This document shows, piece by piece, positions 14,640-26,478 of a DNA stretch of 64,000 nucleotides; position 1 is the stretch's first letter; each line of letters starts with the position of its first letter. The DNA is from Botryllus schlosseri. Taxonomy: Eukaryota. The position numbers and the translations under genes are program-made. Where the stretch lies: contig CM119371.1 in assembly GCA_051294905.1 (NCBI GenBank), positions 24,926,001 through 24,990,000 of the forward strand, in the 5' to 3' direction. Under the pieces are notes generated by a model that ran no database searches, was not told where the DNA came from, and was given only the letters and a program-made list of their open reading frames with translations.

Positions 14640-15075
14640 AAATATCATTTTCACCAGGAGGTCAGCCGTTACTTGTGTACAATTACGATTTTCCCTTGGG
14701 GGTTTAGCGTTACCCGAGTAACAAAACCATTTTCACTTGGAAATATATGTTTTCCCTCAACAACAAACGTTTTTCACTTGGAAATATATTTTTTCCCTGG
14801 GTAACAATCCTTTTTCACTTGGAAATCTATTTTTTCCCTGGGTAACAATCCTTTTTTCACTTGGAAATCTATTTTTTCCCTGGGTAACAATCCTTTTTCA
14901 CTTGGAAATCTATTTTTTCCCTGGGTAACAAACCATTTCCACTTGGTGGTCCGTCGTTTACCTGAGTAAAAATATCATTTTCCTTTTGAGATCCGACGTT
15001 TACCCAGTGTAACAATACATTTTCTCTTGGCCATCTAGCTTTTCCTAAAGTAACAAAACCATTTCATTTTGAAAT
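14640..15075 (+). repeat. 41-bp tandem array in the inner left arm
   Basis: CACTTGG at 14734, 14775, 14816, 14858, 14899 and 14940, with degenerate flanking units. Confidence 0.92.
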
Positions 15076-16348
15076 CTGACAAACACACCTGCCAATTTGG
15101 TATTTGTTGTATTGACGACAGTTTGAAATAGATTACAACGAACAGTGACGGAAATGTACACGGACTACCAGTTTCAAAGTATTCCCACATCAGTCGTATC
15201 ACATCAATATCATCGGTTAACCACATGAAATAACAATACGCCGTTGTACACGGAAATGCATGTTTTGGAAAATTGGACAATAGGCTTCGATAGGTCTGTG
15301 ATGTCCGGGTTCGTACTTTAGTTTTTGCACAGAGTCCATACCTCTTAATAAAACACCACCTCGACTTTGGTACCTGGCTGGTACATGGATAACGGTGGTC
15401 GGAAATCGATGAATATAGGTTCTCGTCGTGCTAACAGTTCCGGGCTACTTGTGATTTTTCTCACACATGTTTACTATATTGTGTCACTCTTTATTGGTCA
15501 ATACATATCCCATCGTTCAGTCTGAAATCGGAAACCCGAGCAAGTATTAACCGGATCCGGATATCAACTCTGAATCAAAAAACCAATGAAACATGTCACA
15601 CCCTGTGTTTCCATGGAAGTAACAAGACATTACACATCAAGTATACTTCGCGATTGTTCATAGATACCAAGTATTCGCGTAAACGAGGTGTGTGACATTA
15701 CATACATCATGGATAACATCATGGCCGGCATTACAAACATCATGGATGACAAATTCATGTTCTCAAGTCTCGTCATGAACCGACTCTGTACATTCAATGT
15801 GGGGTAGAGGACTTGGAGACAGACAAACACACATATTTGACCGTAACATGATCTAAGCACGAACCGACATGTATTCAACTTGGAGAAAAATGAGTCGCGT
15901 CGTATTTCACGAGATTACATCCCCTTTTGTGGTTCACACCTTGATTTTGCTTACATCGTGATCCAGACCTCGGAGTGTAGTAAAATCGGGCTATGTAGTT
16001 TAATTACTTGCTCACTCCCTGTGTGTTGGTGGTGGTCATACCCTGCAAACTTTTTTTTTTCTTAGAACGTAGTGTTTCGCCTTACATCAGTTGGTTCAAT
16101 GTATGTACCGAGTTGTGAAAGCTGCCGCTGTTTTGACTATGCGTCACAATCAATACTAAAACGGGAATTCGTTACTCGTTGAAACGTCGCAGTCAGACAT
16201 CGTTAACAGCGATTCCGCGTATGGAAATCTTAAATTCGATTGCGGTTTTGTAATGTAATCCGGGTTACTGTGTTTCTGTGGTGTGAAGACTAAATTCGTG
16301 TTGATCCCCCCTGCAAGAGTGCGATGTCTATTTCACACCTAGAGTTAT

Positions 16349-16355
16349 TATAAAA
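16349..16355 (+). promoter_or_regulatory. Candidate TATA box (TATAAAA) for the loop ORF
   Basis: Canonical TATAAAA ~120 bp upstream of the ATG at 16470, in the unique loop. Confidence 0.4.
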
Positions 16356-16469
16356 CGCATCTTCGAAACCATTGGTCTACTTCATCTGCTTGCATGTCGA
16401 AACGGACCATAACCACAAGACTCTAACCCACCACATTCGTGGTTTCAGTTGATCGTATCGAAGAATATC

Positions 16470-16745
16470 ATGTCCATCCGTTTTACCACCCACAGATTTC
16501 TCCATCCTCACACTTTAATGCTAAGACACAGACAAGATGCGGTTGTGGAAATATTGAAAATGAGAAAGCAGACCTTGGTGTCATTTGATTTGGATTTTAC
16601 ACCCGATGAACCCCTCATTCGTACTGCGCATTGGGGTGCGGATTCTATCGTCGATGTCGATGGAAAAGAAATGTACAGATTTGTTGGTGTCGTGGATATT
16701 CAACGAAAATCGGGGTACATGATTGTACGCGGTTACCGTATATGA
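16470..16745 (+). CDS. Hypothetical 91-aa protein (MSIRFTTHRFLHPHTLMLRH...GYMIVRGYRI) in the palindrome loop
   Basis: ATG in ATCATG context, intronless, wholly within the non-repeated loop. Globular-looking composition; upstream TATA; AATAAA at 17162. No family recognised. Confidence 0.45.
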   Translation: MSIRFTTHRFLHPHTLMLRHRQDAVVEILKMRKQTLVSFDLDFTPDEPLIRTAHWGADSIVDVDGKEMYRFVGVVDIQRKSGYMIVRGYRI

Positions 16746-16806
16746 CTGTGAAGATATCGCTATACATAACGTGCTGTTCACCGTATCGATCGCACCAACG
16801 AATATC

Positions 16807-19800
16807 CATGTAACGGTCAAATATGTGTGTTTGTCTGTCTCCAAGTCCTCTACCCCACATTGAATGTACAGAGTCGGTTCATGACGAGACTTGAGAACAT
16901 GAATTTGTCATCCATGATGTTTGTAATGCCGGCCATGATGTTATCCATGATGTATGTAATGTCACACACCTCGTTTACGCGAATACTTGGTATCTATGAA
17001 CAATCGCGAAGTATACTTGATGTGTAATGTCTTGTTACTTCCATGGAAACACAGGGTGTGACATGTTTCATTGGTTTTTTGATTCAGAGTTGATATCCGG
17101 ATCCGGTTAATACTTGCTCGGGTTTCCGATTTCAGACTGAACGATGGGATATGTATTGACCAATAAAGAGTGACACAATATAGTAAACATGTGTGAGAAA
17201 AATCACAAGTAGCCCGGAACTGTTAGCACGACGAGAACCTATATTCATCGATTTCCGACCACCGTTATCCATGTACCAGCCAGGTACCAAAGTCGAGGTG
17301 GTGTTTTATTAAGAGGTATGGACTCTGTGCAAAAACTAAAGTACGAACCCGGACATCACAGACCTATCGAAGCCTATTGTCCAATTTTCCAAAACATGCA
17401 TTTCCGTGTACAACGGCGTATTGTTATTTCATGTGGTTAACCGATGATATTGATGTGATACGACTGATGTGGGAATACTTTGAAACTGGTAGTCCGTGTA
17501 CATTTCCGTCACTGTTCGTTGTAATCTATTTCAAACTGTCGTCAATACAACAAATACCAAATTGGCAGGTGTGTTTGTCAGATTTCAAAATGAAATGGTT
17601 TTGTTACTTTAGGAAAAGCTAGATGGCCAAGAGAAAATGTATTGTTACACTGGGTAAACGTCGGATCTCAAAAGGAAAATGATATTTTTACTCAGGTAAA
17701 CGACGGACCACCAAGTGGAAATGGTTTGTTACCCAGGGAAAAAATAGATTTCCAAGTGAAAAAGGATTGTTACCCAGGGAAAAAATAGATTTCCAAGTGA
17801 AAAAAGGATTGTTACCCAGGGAAAAAATAGATTTCCAAGTGAAAAAGGATTGTTACCCAGGGAAAAAATATATTTCCAAGTGAAAAACGTTTGTTGTTGA
17901 GGGAAAACATATATTTCCAAGTGAAAATGGTTTTGTTACTCGGGTAACGCTAAACCCCCAAGGGAAAATCGTAATTGTACACAAGTAACGGCTGACCTCC
18001 TGGTGAAAATGATATTTTTACTTGGGCAGGTATCGTATGTTCAGTGTCAGTGATGTTGTTAAACGTTGTTGCTTGACGTCGGTATCCCGTTAGTGTATTA
18101 TTATGAGTGTGAAAAGGATTTACACATCTTGTACAGAGTATCAGAGTGTTGTGACAGTAAAGATATTTTTCGCGTGACGAACCAAGATCGTTGTTTAAAT
18201 GTTAATGCATTTCGATTACCGAGTTGCTGTACAATAGAGATGAATCTACATTAGACCGTGCTGTGTACTTCGATTAAAACCACATGTAAATCTATTCGCA
18301 CAACTCGATGATGTTGATGTAGTGTTACTAAAATAAATTATTACCTATTTACACAACATAAAAATAACAATTCATGTCGTAGTAAGTAAGCTTCTTGAAC
18401 TCGTGCTTGATGAAAACGATTGGCGACGAGTATGCTTTTGTGTTTGAGTGAAAAATAATTATTTAGAGTAGTGACAGTTTGTGACCAACGAATGCAAATC
18501 GATCATGGTATTACAATATACCCTTTCGTCAACATAACGACTTGGTGCAGGAGAAACACTTTAACGTTTTTCAATAACCAGAATCTTGAAACATGTTGCT
18601 TGTGTGATTTACAGCTGGTGCACAAAGGTTAGCGACGTTTTTTAATATAGTTCCACTTTCTAGTTGTTTTGATGTGAGGCTCGGCGCTTCTCGTTAGTAA
18701 AATAAATTGTTTTGTGCGTTAGATTTGTGGTAAGCAAGTCGAATACATACTCTTTTGTGGAAGTAACTGTATTACTGCAATATCATTGGTAGGTCTCTGA
18801 AGCAGTCACCGTGGTTTTAATTTCGAAAGATGTCGCGATGTCAGTATAATGTTTTCTAAAAGTCAAACTCGGACGGATATCATGGCTATGTAGGACTTAC
18901 GATAAACATTATACTTATACAACTTTGTTACAAGAACTATGATATTTCTGTAAGTACTATAGTCGTGTGTTGGATTATTTGAATATTTAGATACGTAACC
19001 ATTCGTATGAAAAAGTTCTTGTGACATCAGAACAGTTTCTAGAGTCAAACCAACCATTCAGTTTCGTAGTGTGAGGATATCGAGTAAAGTCGATTACTTT
19101 GTGTGATGTAAATATCCTTCGTACTTTTGTAAGAGTTGTGAGGATGATCATTCGTATCCTACGAAGTAGCTAGTTGATACTACAAAATATTGAATGATCG
19201 CTAACACACTGAGTTCATAACCCAAGATAGTGAAAATTGTGTACTCTTAGACTAACATAATTCGTATCCAGCAAAACGATAGACACCAAAGGTTCGATGG
19301 AGTTTAAATCTAGATTGTATTAAGCGAAGTGATGAGTATCTCCAGTAATAAAGTCGAAACGACCATAACAAATTTTCTGTGTCTTGTAAATAACTATTTG
19401 GTATGATATTACTTGAGTGTGTGACAATTCGTATCCGTCGAGGTTGAATGTTTAGCCATATCGAAATGAATCCAGATCACATGAAGTATACATTAATCAC
19501 AATAGAATCGACGAGAATGTTAACCACGTAGAGTGTGTTTGTTTAAAAGTTATTTCCAATACGGTTACTTCGATCGGTATTAATTCCATGTCATACAAAA
19601 ACATGTAACCTTTGTACAGTTTCGTAGTACGGGAATATCGAGTGAAGTTGATTATTTTTGTGTGACGAAAATATCTTGTATTGATATTGGGCACTGGTTT
19701 CGTTACCCAAGTGAGTGAAAATTGTTCTTGGCTGGACAGATATGATTAGTATTTAGAAAAAACGACTCACACCGATTAAGCGACGCTGTTTCCTATCCAA

Positions 19801-22800
19801 TGACTGAGTGAAATTTCTCAGGGGTTTGATTTACCGAGTTAATTGTCGGCGATTCAATCACATACAAGTATATGGTCTTTTAGTGACTGATTATTGTGAC
19901 GACATTTACTTTGACGAATGGCAATGGAAAAATGTCCAATTTCTCTGATCGTGTGCGTTGCACAAATAGTTCTAGTATGTAATCAGTGAACGTCATGTAA
20001 ATTGACAACGACTCTCAGTAGTTTGGTTAGATGATGGAGGTTCAAATCGATATCACTACTACGAACAGCAATACAAACACATTTTGTAGATTTCAGTGTA
20101 GCGCACATTTCGATTTTATTAATGCTGAGAGGTTTCTGTATTACTCAAGTATAGTTGAATAGGTGGTGCCTAGCAAACATATTCCAATTTGTTTTTTTGT
20201 AATGATCAAAGTGTGTGTGAAATGACGCGAACGGATTAAGCATTAATCAAATGGTGGTATGTCAATTCACCTAGTGTGATATCTTGACACCAGGTAATGC
20301 GCGAAAGTGTTTCAATTCTCACCGACAATAAGGTATTGCACCGGTTATTGTTCAACAAAGGAAATTGTTGTTTCATCTTTAGTCTTGTTTACTGCAGACA
20401 ATTACATTTGTAAAATATTTCCTGATATCCACAATACACTGCGTGGTTTGTACCAAGGCTGAATAATTTTCCAATCGAGAACATTTTAGACACACATAGT
20501 TTACAACTCAATATGTTAATAACAATGGTACTGAAAAGTTTGTTGCTGTCACAATAATCTTTACCACAACGCCGGGTCTAATTAACGCAAATAATTTAAT
20601 AGTCAAGTCATGATCAACTATTACATATGTCAAATCACTGTGTCAATCCTTATGTTTACATCATGATAATTTTCAAGATAACGCCTGCGTTTGATCGTGA
20701 GAAATGAATTCTTAACTACGTTGGTCAGACTTTCAAATGTCGTATATTCTCAACATATGGCAATCTCAAGTTGCGTGCACCGAGTAGTAATTACTTTATG
20801 TTACACGGTATACCGAGTAGTAATTACTTTCACAGTTGAACAAAAAAGACGAGTTGGCGGTATATGACTACAACCGAACTTGCTATGGATTTTAGATTGT
20901 AGCGATTGTATGTACTTGCGTAATCTTGACTACTTTCCATACGGATACTGGTGAGTTGATTGGGTGAGTTACAATCGGATTTACGTGACAAGGTTTTTCC
21001 TTGTTGACTCTTTTGGAGTATGGTAAGATGTTAAAATGTCGAGACGTAATACTATTTCCGTTAACTCAATTGCAACAAAAAAATAACCAGACAACTTGTT
21101 CAAGGTTTCGACAAATAGATTGAAATATTCCGATTTAACTCAGCGCGTCGCAACTAGATCGTGGTATGCACAAGTGGTTGTCAAGTTAGAAATATTTACA
21201 ACAGGTGGTATTTCATTGACTGACTCGATTGTGTGTAGTAACACATTAAAATATCGCGATAGTAATTACTGAAACTCTATTGGACAAACGGAAAACTCAG
21301 TCGTGAATAGAGTTGTAAGGTTTCATTACTTGTTTCAAATCTAATTCTAAATATGACTGGATTGAAAGTTGGTAGTCATGTTTGTCAATTTATTTCAATT
21401 CAGACTATGTCAAAGTCCAAATATTTCATTTTGGATTATCTGAATTTACCTTTAGTACATCCCGCGAATGGATTCCGACACCGCACTATAACATTTTTGA
21501 TATGGACTCAAGGATTTTCAATCGACAATGCCTGAATTTTTTTGGTAATGCTAGAGTTGGCAAATGATTAGTTGCGTGTTTTTGTTAAGCGTTTGATTTC
21601 TCAGTATTAAATACAATTATTGTATACTTGTTATTCCTGATTCTCATTGAGCTAGTTGGTATTGATTCTATAGGTGTGAAAACAGCGGTGCGGAATGTGT
21701 GAATAATCCGATGCGGGCTAATTTTGGCGTCAGTAATATTCAGGTTACGTTCGATTCAACAGATCGCGTTAATAGGATTTGTCAAAGGATTTGAGTTGGG
21801 TCGAATCAATACATTCAAATACGATTCAACTTGATTTGTGTAGTGAGTTTCAATTCAAGTTGACAAACTAACGCATTGATTGAATATTTTCATGGATCTT
21901 ATCACGCAACTAAAGTCAGCCACTATTCCGGAGGCGTGAAACATATAGCGATCGCGGGCAAATGACAAATTGTTGGTTTTCGAATCACCGTCTGCGACGG
22001 ATCTGTGACAAACTAATTACCGAAATATTACCTTGTGAGCGGGCATGAGGGATTGCTATGTCTGAAGCATTATCCGGTGAGTGGTCGTTGGATTTTAAAA
22101 TTATATCACACCCTTTTGAATAAGCGTTCACTTCACAAAGGATTAGGGTTAGAGCGGAAATAAGTGACAATTTGTCGCTATTCAAGTTACCGACACTGGC
22201 GGTCTGTTATTCGTTACTTATTAAATCTTACGAGTGAAATCAAGTTCTGTGCCAAACTGCTTACGAAAATTTCACCGCGTGAGTGATCGGTATGGCTATG
22301 ACACCAAGTCGTGAAAGATGACTATGTCTGAGGTGTTATCTTGTGGGCGATCGTAGGATTTTACAAATATTTCACATCTTTTTGAAGTGTTAGTTTGTGA
22401 GCGTGGTTATTGTTGATATTCGAATCGCCTTCTACGCTGGCTCTGTGATAATCTAATTACCCAAACATTACCATGCGAGTAATTCCTAGATTTTGCAAAC
22501 TATTTTCACGTCTTTTTTGTTGAAAGTACGACATTCCACCCGCAGCCTATACCCGAAAGTACGAATCATCGCCGCGTCCATAAGAATAACGATATATCAT
22601 TGTCGTACTCGCCGTAATTTGGAATATACACATTAACAAAGGACCAATCACATGACTATTTACTTGATACATATTCAACACGGAGTACGACATGCCAACA
22701 ACGAAGCCGCGTGCGAGCGATCCCTATACTGAAAAGGGTTACCGTGCGACCACAAGACACAATAGCCGCTCGCCACCGCACCCATAAGACATAAAAGCCG

Positions 22801-23004
22801 CTTGCCACCCCGGGTTTCCCAGCCGCTTGCGACCCCGCCCATAAGAAATAAGAGCCGCTTGCCGCCGCACCCATAAGACGCAATAGCCGCTCGCCGCCGC
22901 GCCCATAAGAAATAAGAGCCGCTCGCCACCACGAGTTTTCCCAGCCGCTCGCCGCCGCGCCCATAAGAAACAATAGCCGTTCGCGACCGATCTATACTAC
23001 TACT
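16807..23004 (-). repeat. Right ~6.2-kb inverted arm of the inner element
   Basis: Reverse complement of 9653-15850; includes the mirrored 41-bp array (~17582-18017). Confidence 0.97.
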
Positions 23005-23010
23005 TACGTG

Positions 23011-24630
23011 AATATTACAAGCGAGCAACACTATTCGTGTTCACCAGGATGAATTAATATAGTTTACAAGTTTTAGTAATATAATCAAGTATAAGTGAAA
23101 ACTAGGTTTAACACATGTGAATGTTTTTGTGCTTGACTCTCTTGTGTGTTCTAACACGGTAAAATTTCGAGGTGTGATAATGATAGCATTTTCAGAAACT
23201 CAGTTGTAAAAAAATAATTATAGACCAGATAGAGTTGTGCGTTTCAATGTTTGTTTCAAATCAACGAGTAAATAATCCGACAATCAAGCGATCAACATTC
23301 CTAATATTATTGATATAAGACAGTACCATGTTTACGGACTTTTGAATAATATTATCTTGATGTCAAGGTGATAAATTTACGCATTCGGATACGATTCAAC
23401 TTGAGTTTTGTAGTGAGTTTCAAGTTGACGAAATACCACCGCGATTGAGTATTATCATGATTCTCGTTCCTCGACTAAAGTCAATCGCTATTCCAAGGTG
23501 TGAAAACGAATCGCCGTCTACGACGGTTCTGTGACGGGCTAATTACCAAAATATTACCTTGTGAGCGATCGGTATCACTGTAACACCAAATCACGAGGGT
23601 CGCAATGTCTGAGGCATTATCCTGTGAGCGGTCGTAGGATTTTAAAATTATTTCATGCCTTTTCGAATGAGCGTTAACTTCGCAAAGGATTACGGTTAGA
23701 GTAGAAATAAGTGACAATTTGTTGGCATTCAAGTCCCACCGGTGGCAGTTCTGTTATTCGTTACTTATTAAATCTTACCGGTGAAATCCAGTTCCGTGCC
23801 AAACTATCAAAATATTACCTTGTGGCAATCGGTATGTATGTAACATAAAGTCGCGCCTGATCGCTATGTCTGAGGTGTGATATCGTCAGCGATCGCGGGA
23901 TTTGCAACCTATTTCACTCCTTTTTGAAGGAATACTTGAATAATTTTGGTGATGATAAAAAAGTTAATGATACGATTGTGCGTGCTTTTGTGAAGAGTTT
24001 GATTTCAGAGTAATAAATACAATGAATGTATAATGTGTATACTTGTGATTCTTGTTGTGACTGTGAACAGCAGACTATTCTATAGGTGCGAAACAGCGGT
24101 ACGGAAGGTGCGAATAATCCGAACTGAAAGTATTATCCAGCTAGCAATCAATAGCGAGGAAAGACTTAGAACACGATCGGTCATTTGTCACGACTGAACT
24201 ATGCCATCATATATAATAATTTTCGATATACACATTAACAAAGGCTCATTCACATGACTATCTACTTGATACATATTCAACACCGTGCGACAGATGCCTA
24301 TACCCGAAAGGGCGATTCACGGCCGCACCCATAAGAACACATGGCGAGTCACCAGAGACCGCGTAAGAATACATGACAGGCGAATCACCGCCACCGCCTA
24401 TAGCAAAAAAGGCGAGTCACGACCACGAGTTTTCACGGCGAGTCACCGCCACGAGCTATACCTGAAAGGGCGAATCACGACCGCACCCATAAGAACACAT
24501 GGCGACTCACCGCCTAGAGGGGGGTCTAAAAAGGCGAGTCCCCACCCCCGGTTTTCTGGCGAGTCACCACCCCGCCCATAAGAGCCCCATGCAAAAGGGG
24601 GTGTGGTCACGACCGATCATCTATACTACT
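23011..24630 (-). repeat. Outer right arm, distal part, with GC-rich subterminal repeats (~24295-24600) and terminus
   Basis: 23011-24285 is the reverse complement of 2280-3554. Repeated GGCGAGTCAC and CCCATAAGA units; ends CTATACTACT. Confidence 0.9.
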
Positions 24631-24689
24631 ACCGCATACGCAGCGTAGATGAAACTCCAACACTCAGCCGAGGTCGGACTCGAACTCGA

Positions 24690-26478
24690 AACTCATGAGT
24701 GCTTAGCTCCCATGAAACCTATCGCGTGATTTCGATGGTCAGCATAGTTTATGTTGCCTTGTCGCCTTCGGAGCCAAAATTTTCCATAATGCATGAATGA
24801 AATAGGTTGTAATTGCATATATATGTCCCTATAAACTTTTTATCCTCTCAGCCCAAGTAATCACATTTACCAGCAGCGCTGAGTGAGCTGTTCTAGTGAA
24901 AGATAAAGCCCACGCAATTAATAATTGAACATATATTCGGCGTGCCCGTTGGTAAAATTAAATCTTTACATGTTATTTTGTTACCCTGTGTCCGCTATAT
25001 AGTCAAAAGTTATTGAAACGCCTTAACGTATTAAACTAAAGTAAGCACAGCACTATTCAAAGTTGGTATTTCGCCACTGGCAAATAATTTTCTCTTATCG
25101 ATGTTATTTGTCCGTGGGGTGCAGATTGCGATGACATGATAATTCGGCACGAGCGATAAAAGCACCTATTTACAATTAGACTTATATACATCGAAGTTTA
25201 CGCTCAACATAAGGGCAATTCTCCTCAGCTAAGATTTCACGCTGACAATCTTTTTGACACACTTCTCGGAGTCCCATAATCACCGGAACTTCCTATGTCT
25301 TCGTTCATCGTGGCGTGGTAATGGCCGACGCCGAAATGTATATTTCTATTTTATATAATTTTGCGCATTCTTCCGTGGGGGAGTCGTTAGGACATGATGT
25401 TTAATTTATGTTCATTCATCGAAATAATTTAGGGCATCCTCCGAGCTGACCGATTGGGGGTTTGGGTTGCAGGAGTTTCGGTCTTGGTAAGAGGTCAAAG
25501 TTCAGTCTGTCTTTTTGAAACTTTGGTATTGGAAATACTTCGCGCATTAATCGCGCTCGAGAACCATTCGTCTATAATAAACCATCTAATGTGTGGTATA
25601 TTAAGGGTCAAATCAAGGTTGTTATATCAACAATCGGGTACGGTCTCATACCCTGTGGTTCGAATTCTCCCGAATTCACATCGGTGATTGGCAATAAGGA
25701 GAAATAAATGGTATTGGATTTTGTCTTAGTGCTTTGTGTAACTATAAGTAACTGAGAATAGGATATCTATATCTGCTCAAATTGAATTTAGTACTGTATC
25801 CAGTTATTATTTTAACATGAATGTATTCCAAACCAGCAACTCATATTATATAACGTTCATGCGAGGTTGTGAACCACAACACGAGATATAGTGTCATCCT
25901 CTATGATACGATGACGAAATATTCTGACGATTTAATTTTGTATCTCTCAAATACAAGTATAGTTAGTTATTCATTTCGTGCACAAAGCTTCAAAACATAT
26001 TTCATGTACTAGGGGCTGTTACTCTCAATCAAAGTATACAGTGCCTCCTTCTTCGATTTTCACACGCTGTGGGCTGCGAGTAATAATACATAATTTGAAA
26101 CATTTCGTTGAAAATAACCCTAGCAAGTAAGACGGCAGTGATTTAAATAACGGGAAATCGGCGATCTAAAAGTACGCGCAATTCGTTTTATATGAATTAT
26201 AATAACCCACTACATTTATGTAAACATATGTAGCAAACATCGTAGCGTAGCGCGACCAAAAATTTGGGCGTTTGGCATGTTTTGTGAAATATTTATTTGT
26301 TCTGAATACTCATTAATAATAAGTCCTATACAACCACATCATCTACGGCATTTTTCTTCAGCGCCCCCTTATCCCCACTAAGCCCAGCGCCCCCCATATC
26401 ACCCCCTTAGCGTTTCCGCCCCCTTCAGAATCGTCAGCGCCCCTTGGGGGACGCTGGTGGCAAGGTTAAGAACGACTG
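24690..26478 (+). mobile_element. 5'-truncated copy of the hAT-type element at 35329-36876
   Basis: Shares CCAAAATTTTCCATAATGCATGAATGA, TATCCTCTCAGCCC and the GCGCCCC-rich end; terminates GGTTAAGAACGACTG. Confidence 0.75.

Larger units (their letters stand above)
9653..15850 (+). repeat. Left ~6.2-kb inverted arm of the inner element
   Basis: Short ORFs 9684-15878 have mirror ORFs in 16827-22973. Mismatches seen by eye only at ~14632/18025 and 15845/16812. Confidence 0.97.
9653..23004. mobile_element. Inner giant foldback element with Polinton/Maverick-type termini (non-autonomous, 13,352 bp)
   Basis: Termini AGTAGTAGTATAGATCGGTCG...CGACCGATCTATACTACTACT. TSD TACGTG at 9647-9652 and 23005-23010. 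Arms 9653-15850 and 16807-23004 (coordinates sum to 32657). 6-bp TSDs and AG/AGT-repeat termini are established Polinton/Maverick features. Confidence 0.9.
2280..24630. mobile_element. Outer non-autonomous foldback element with a Polinton/Maverick-type right end; left ~345 bp missing; interrupted by the inner element
   Basis: Left arm 2280-5951 is the reverse complement of 7257-9652 plus 23011-24285 (mirrored ORF coordinates sum to 13208; arm coordinates sum to 26565 after the insertion). Right end reads GACCGATCATCTATACTACT, like the inner element's end. No long ORF. TSD cannot be tested. Confidence 0.85.

Noticed and set aside
14640..15075. 41-bp array as a CRISPR array
   Set aside because: Head-to-tail units with no unique spacers, no cas genes, eukaryotic context.
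9653..23004. Palindrome as a long-read foldback or assembly artefact
   Set aside because: Defined termini with a 6-bp TSD, an empty site in the mirrored outer arm, a unique loop and at least one internal mismatch argue for real structure. Raw reads should still be checked.
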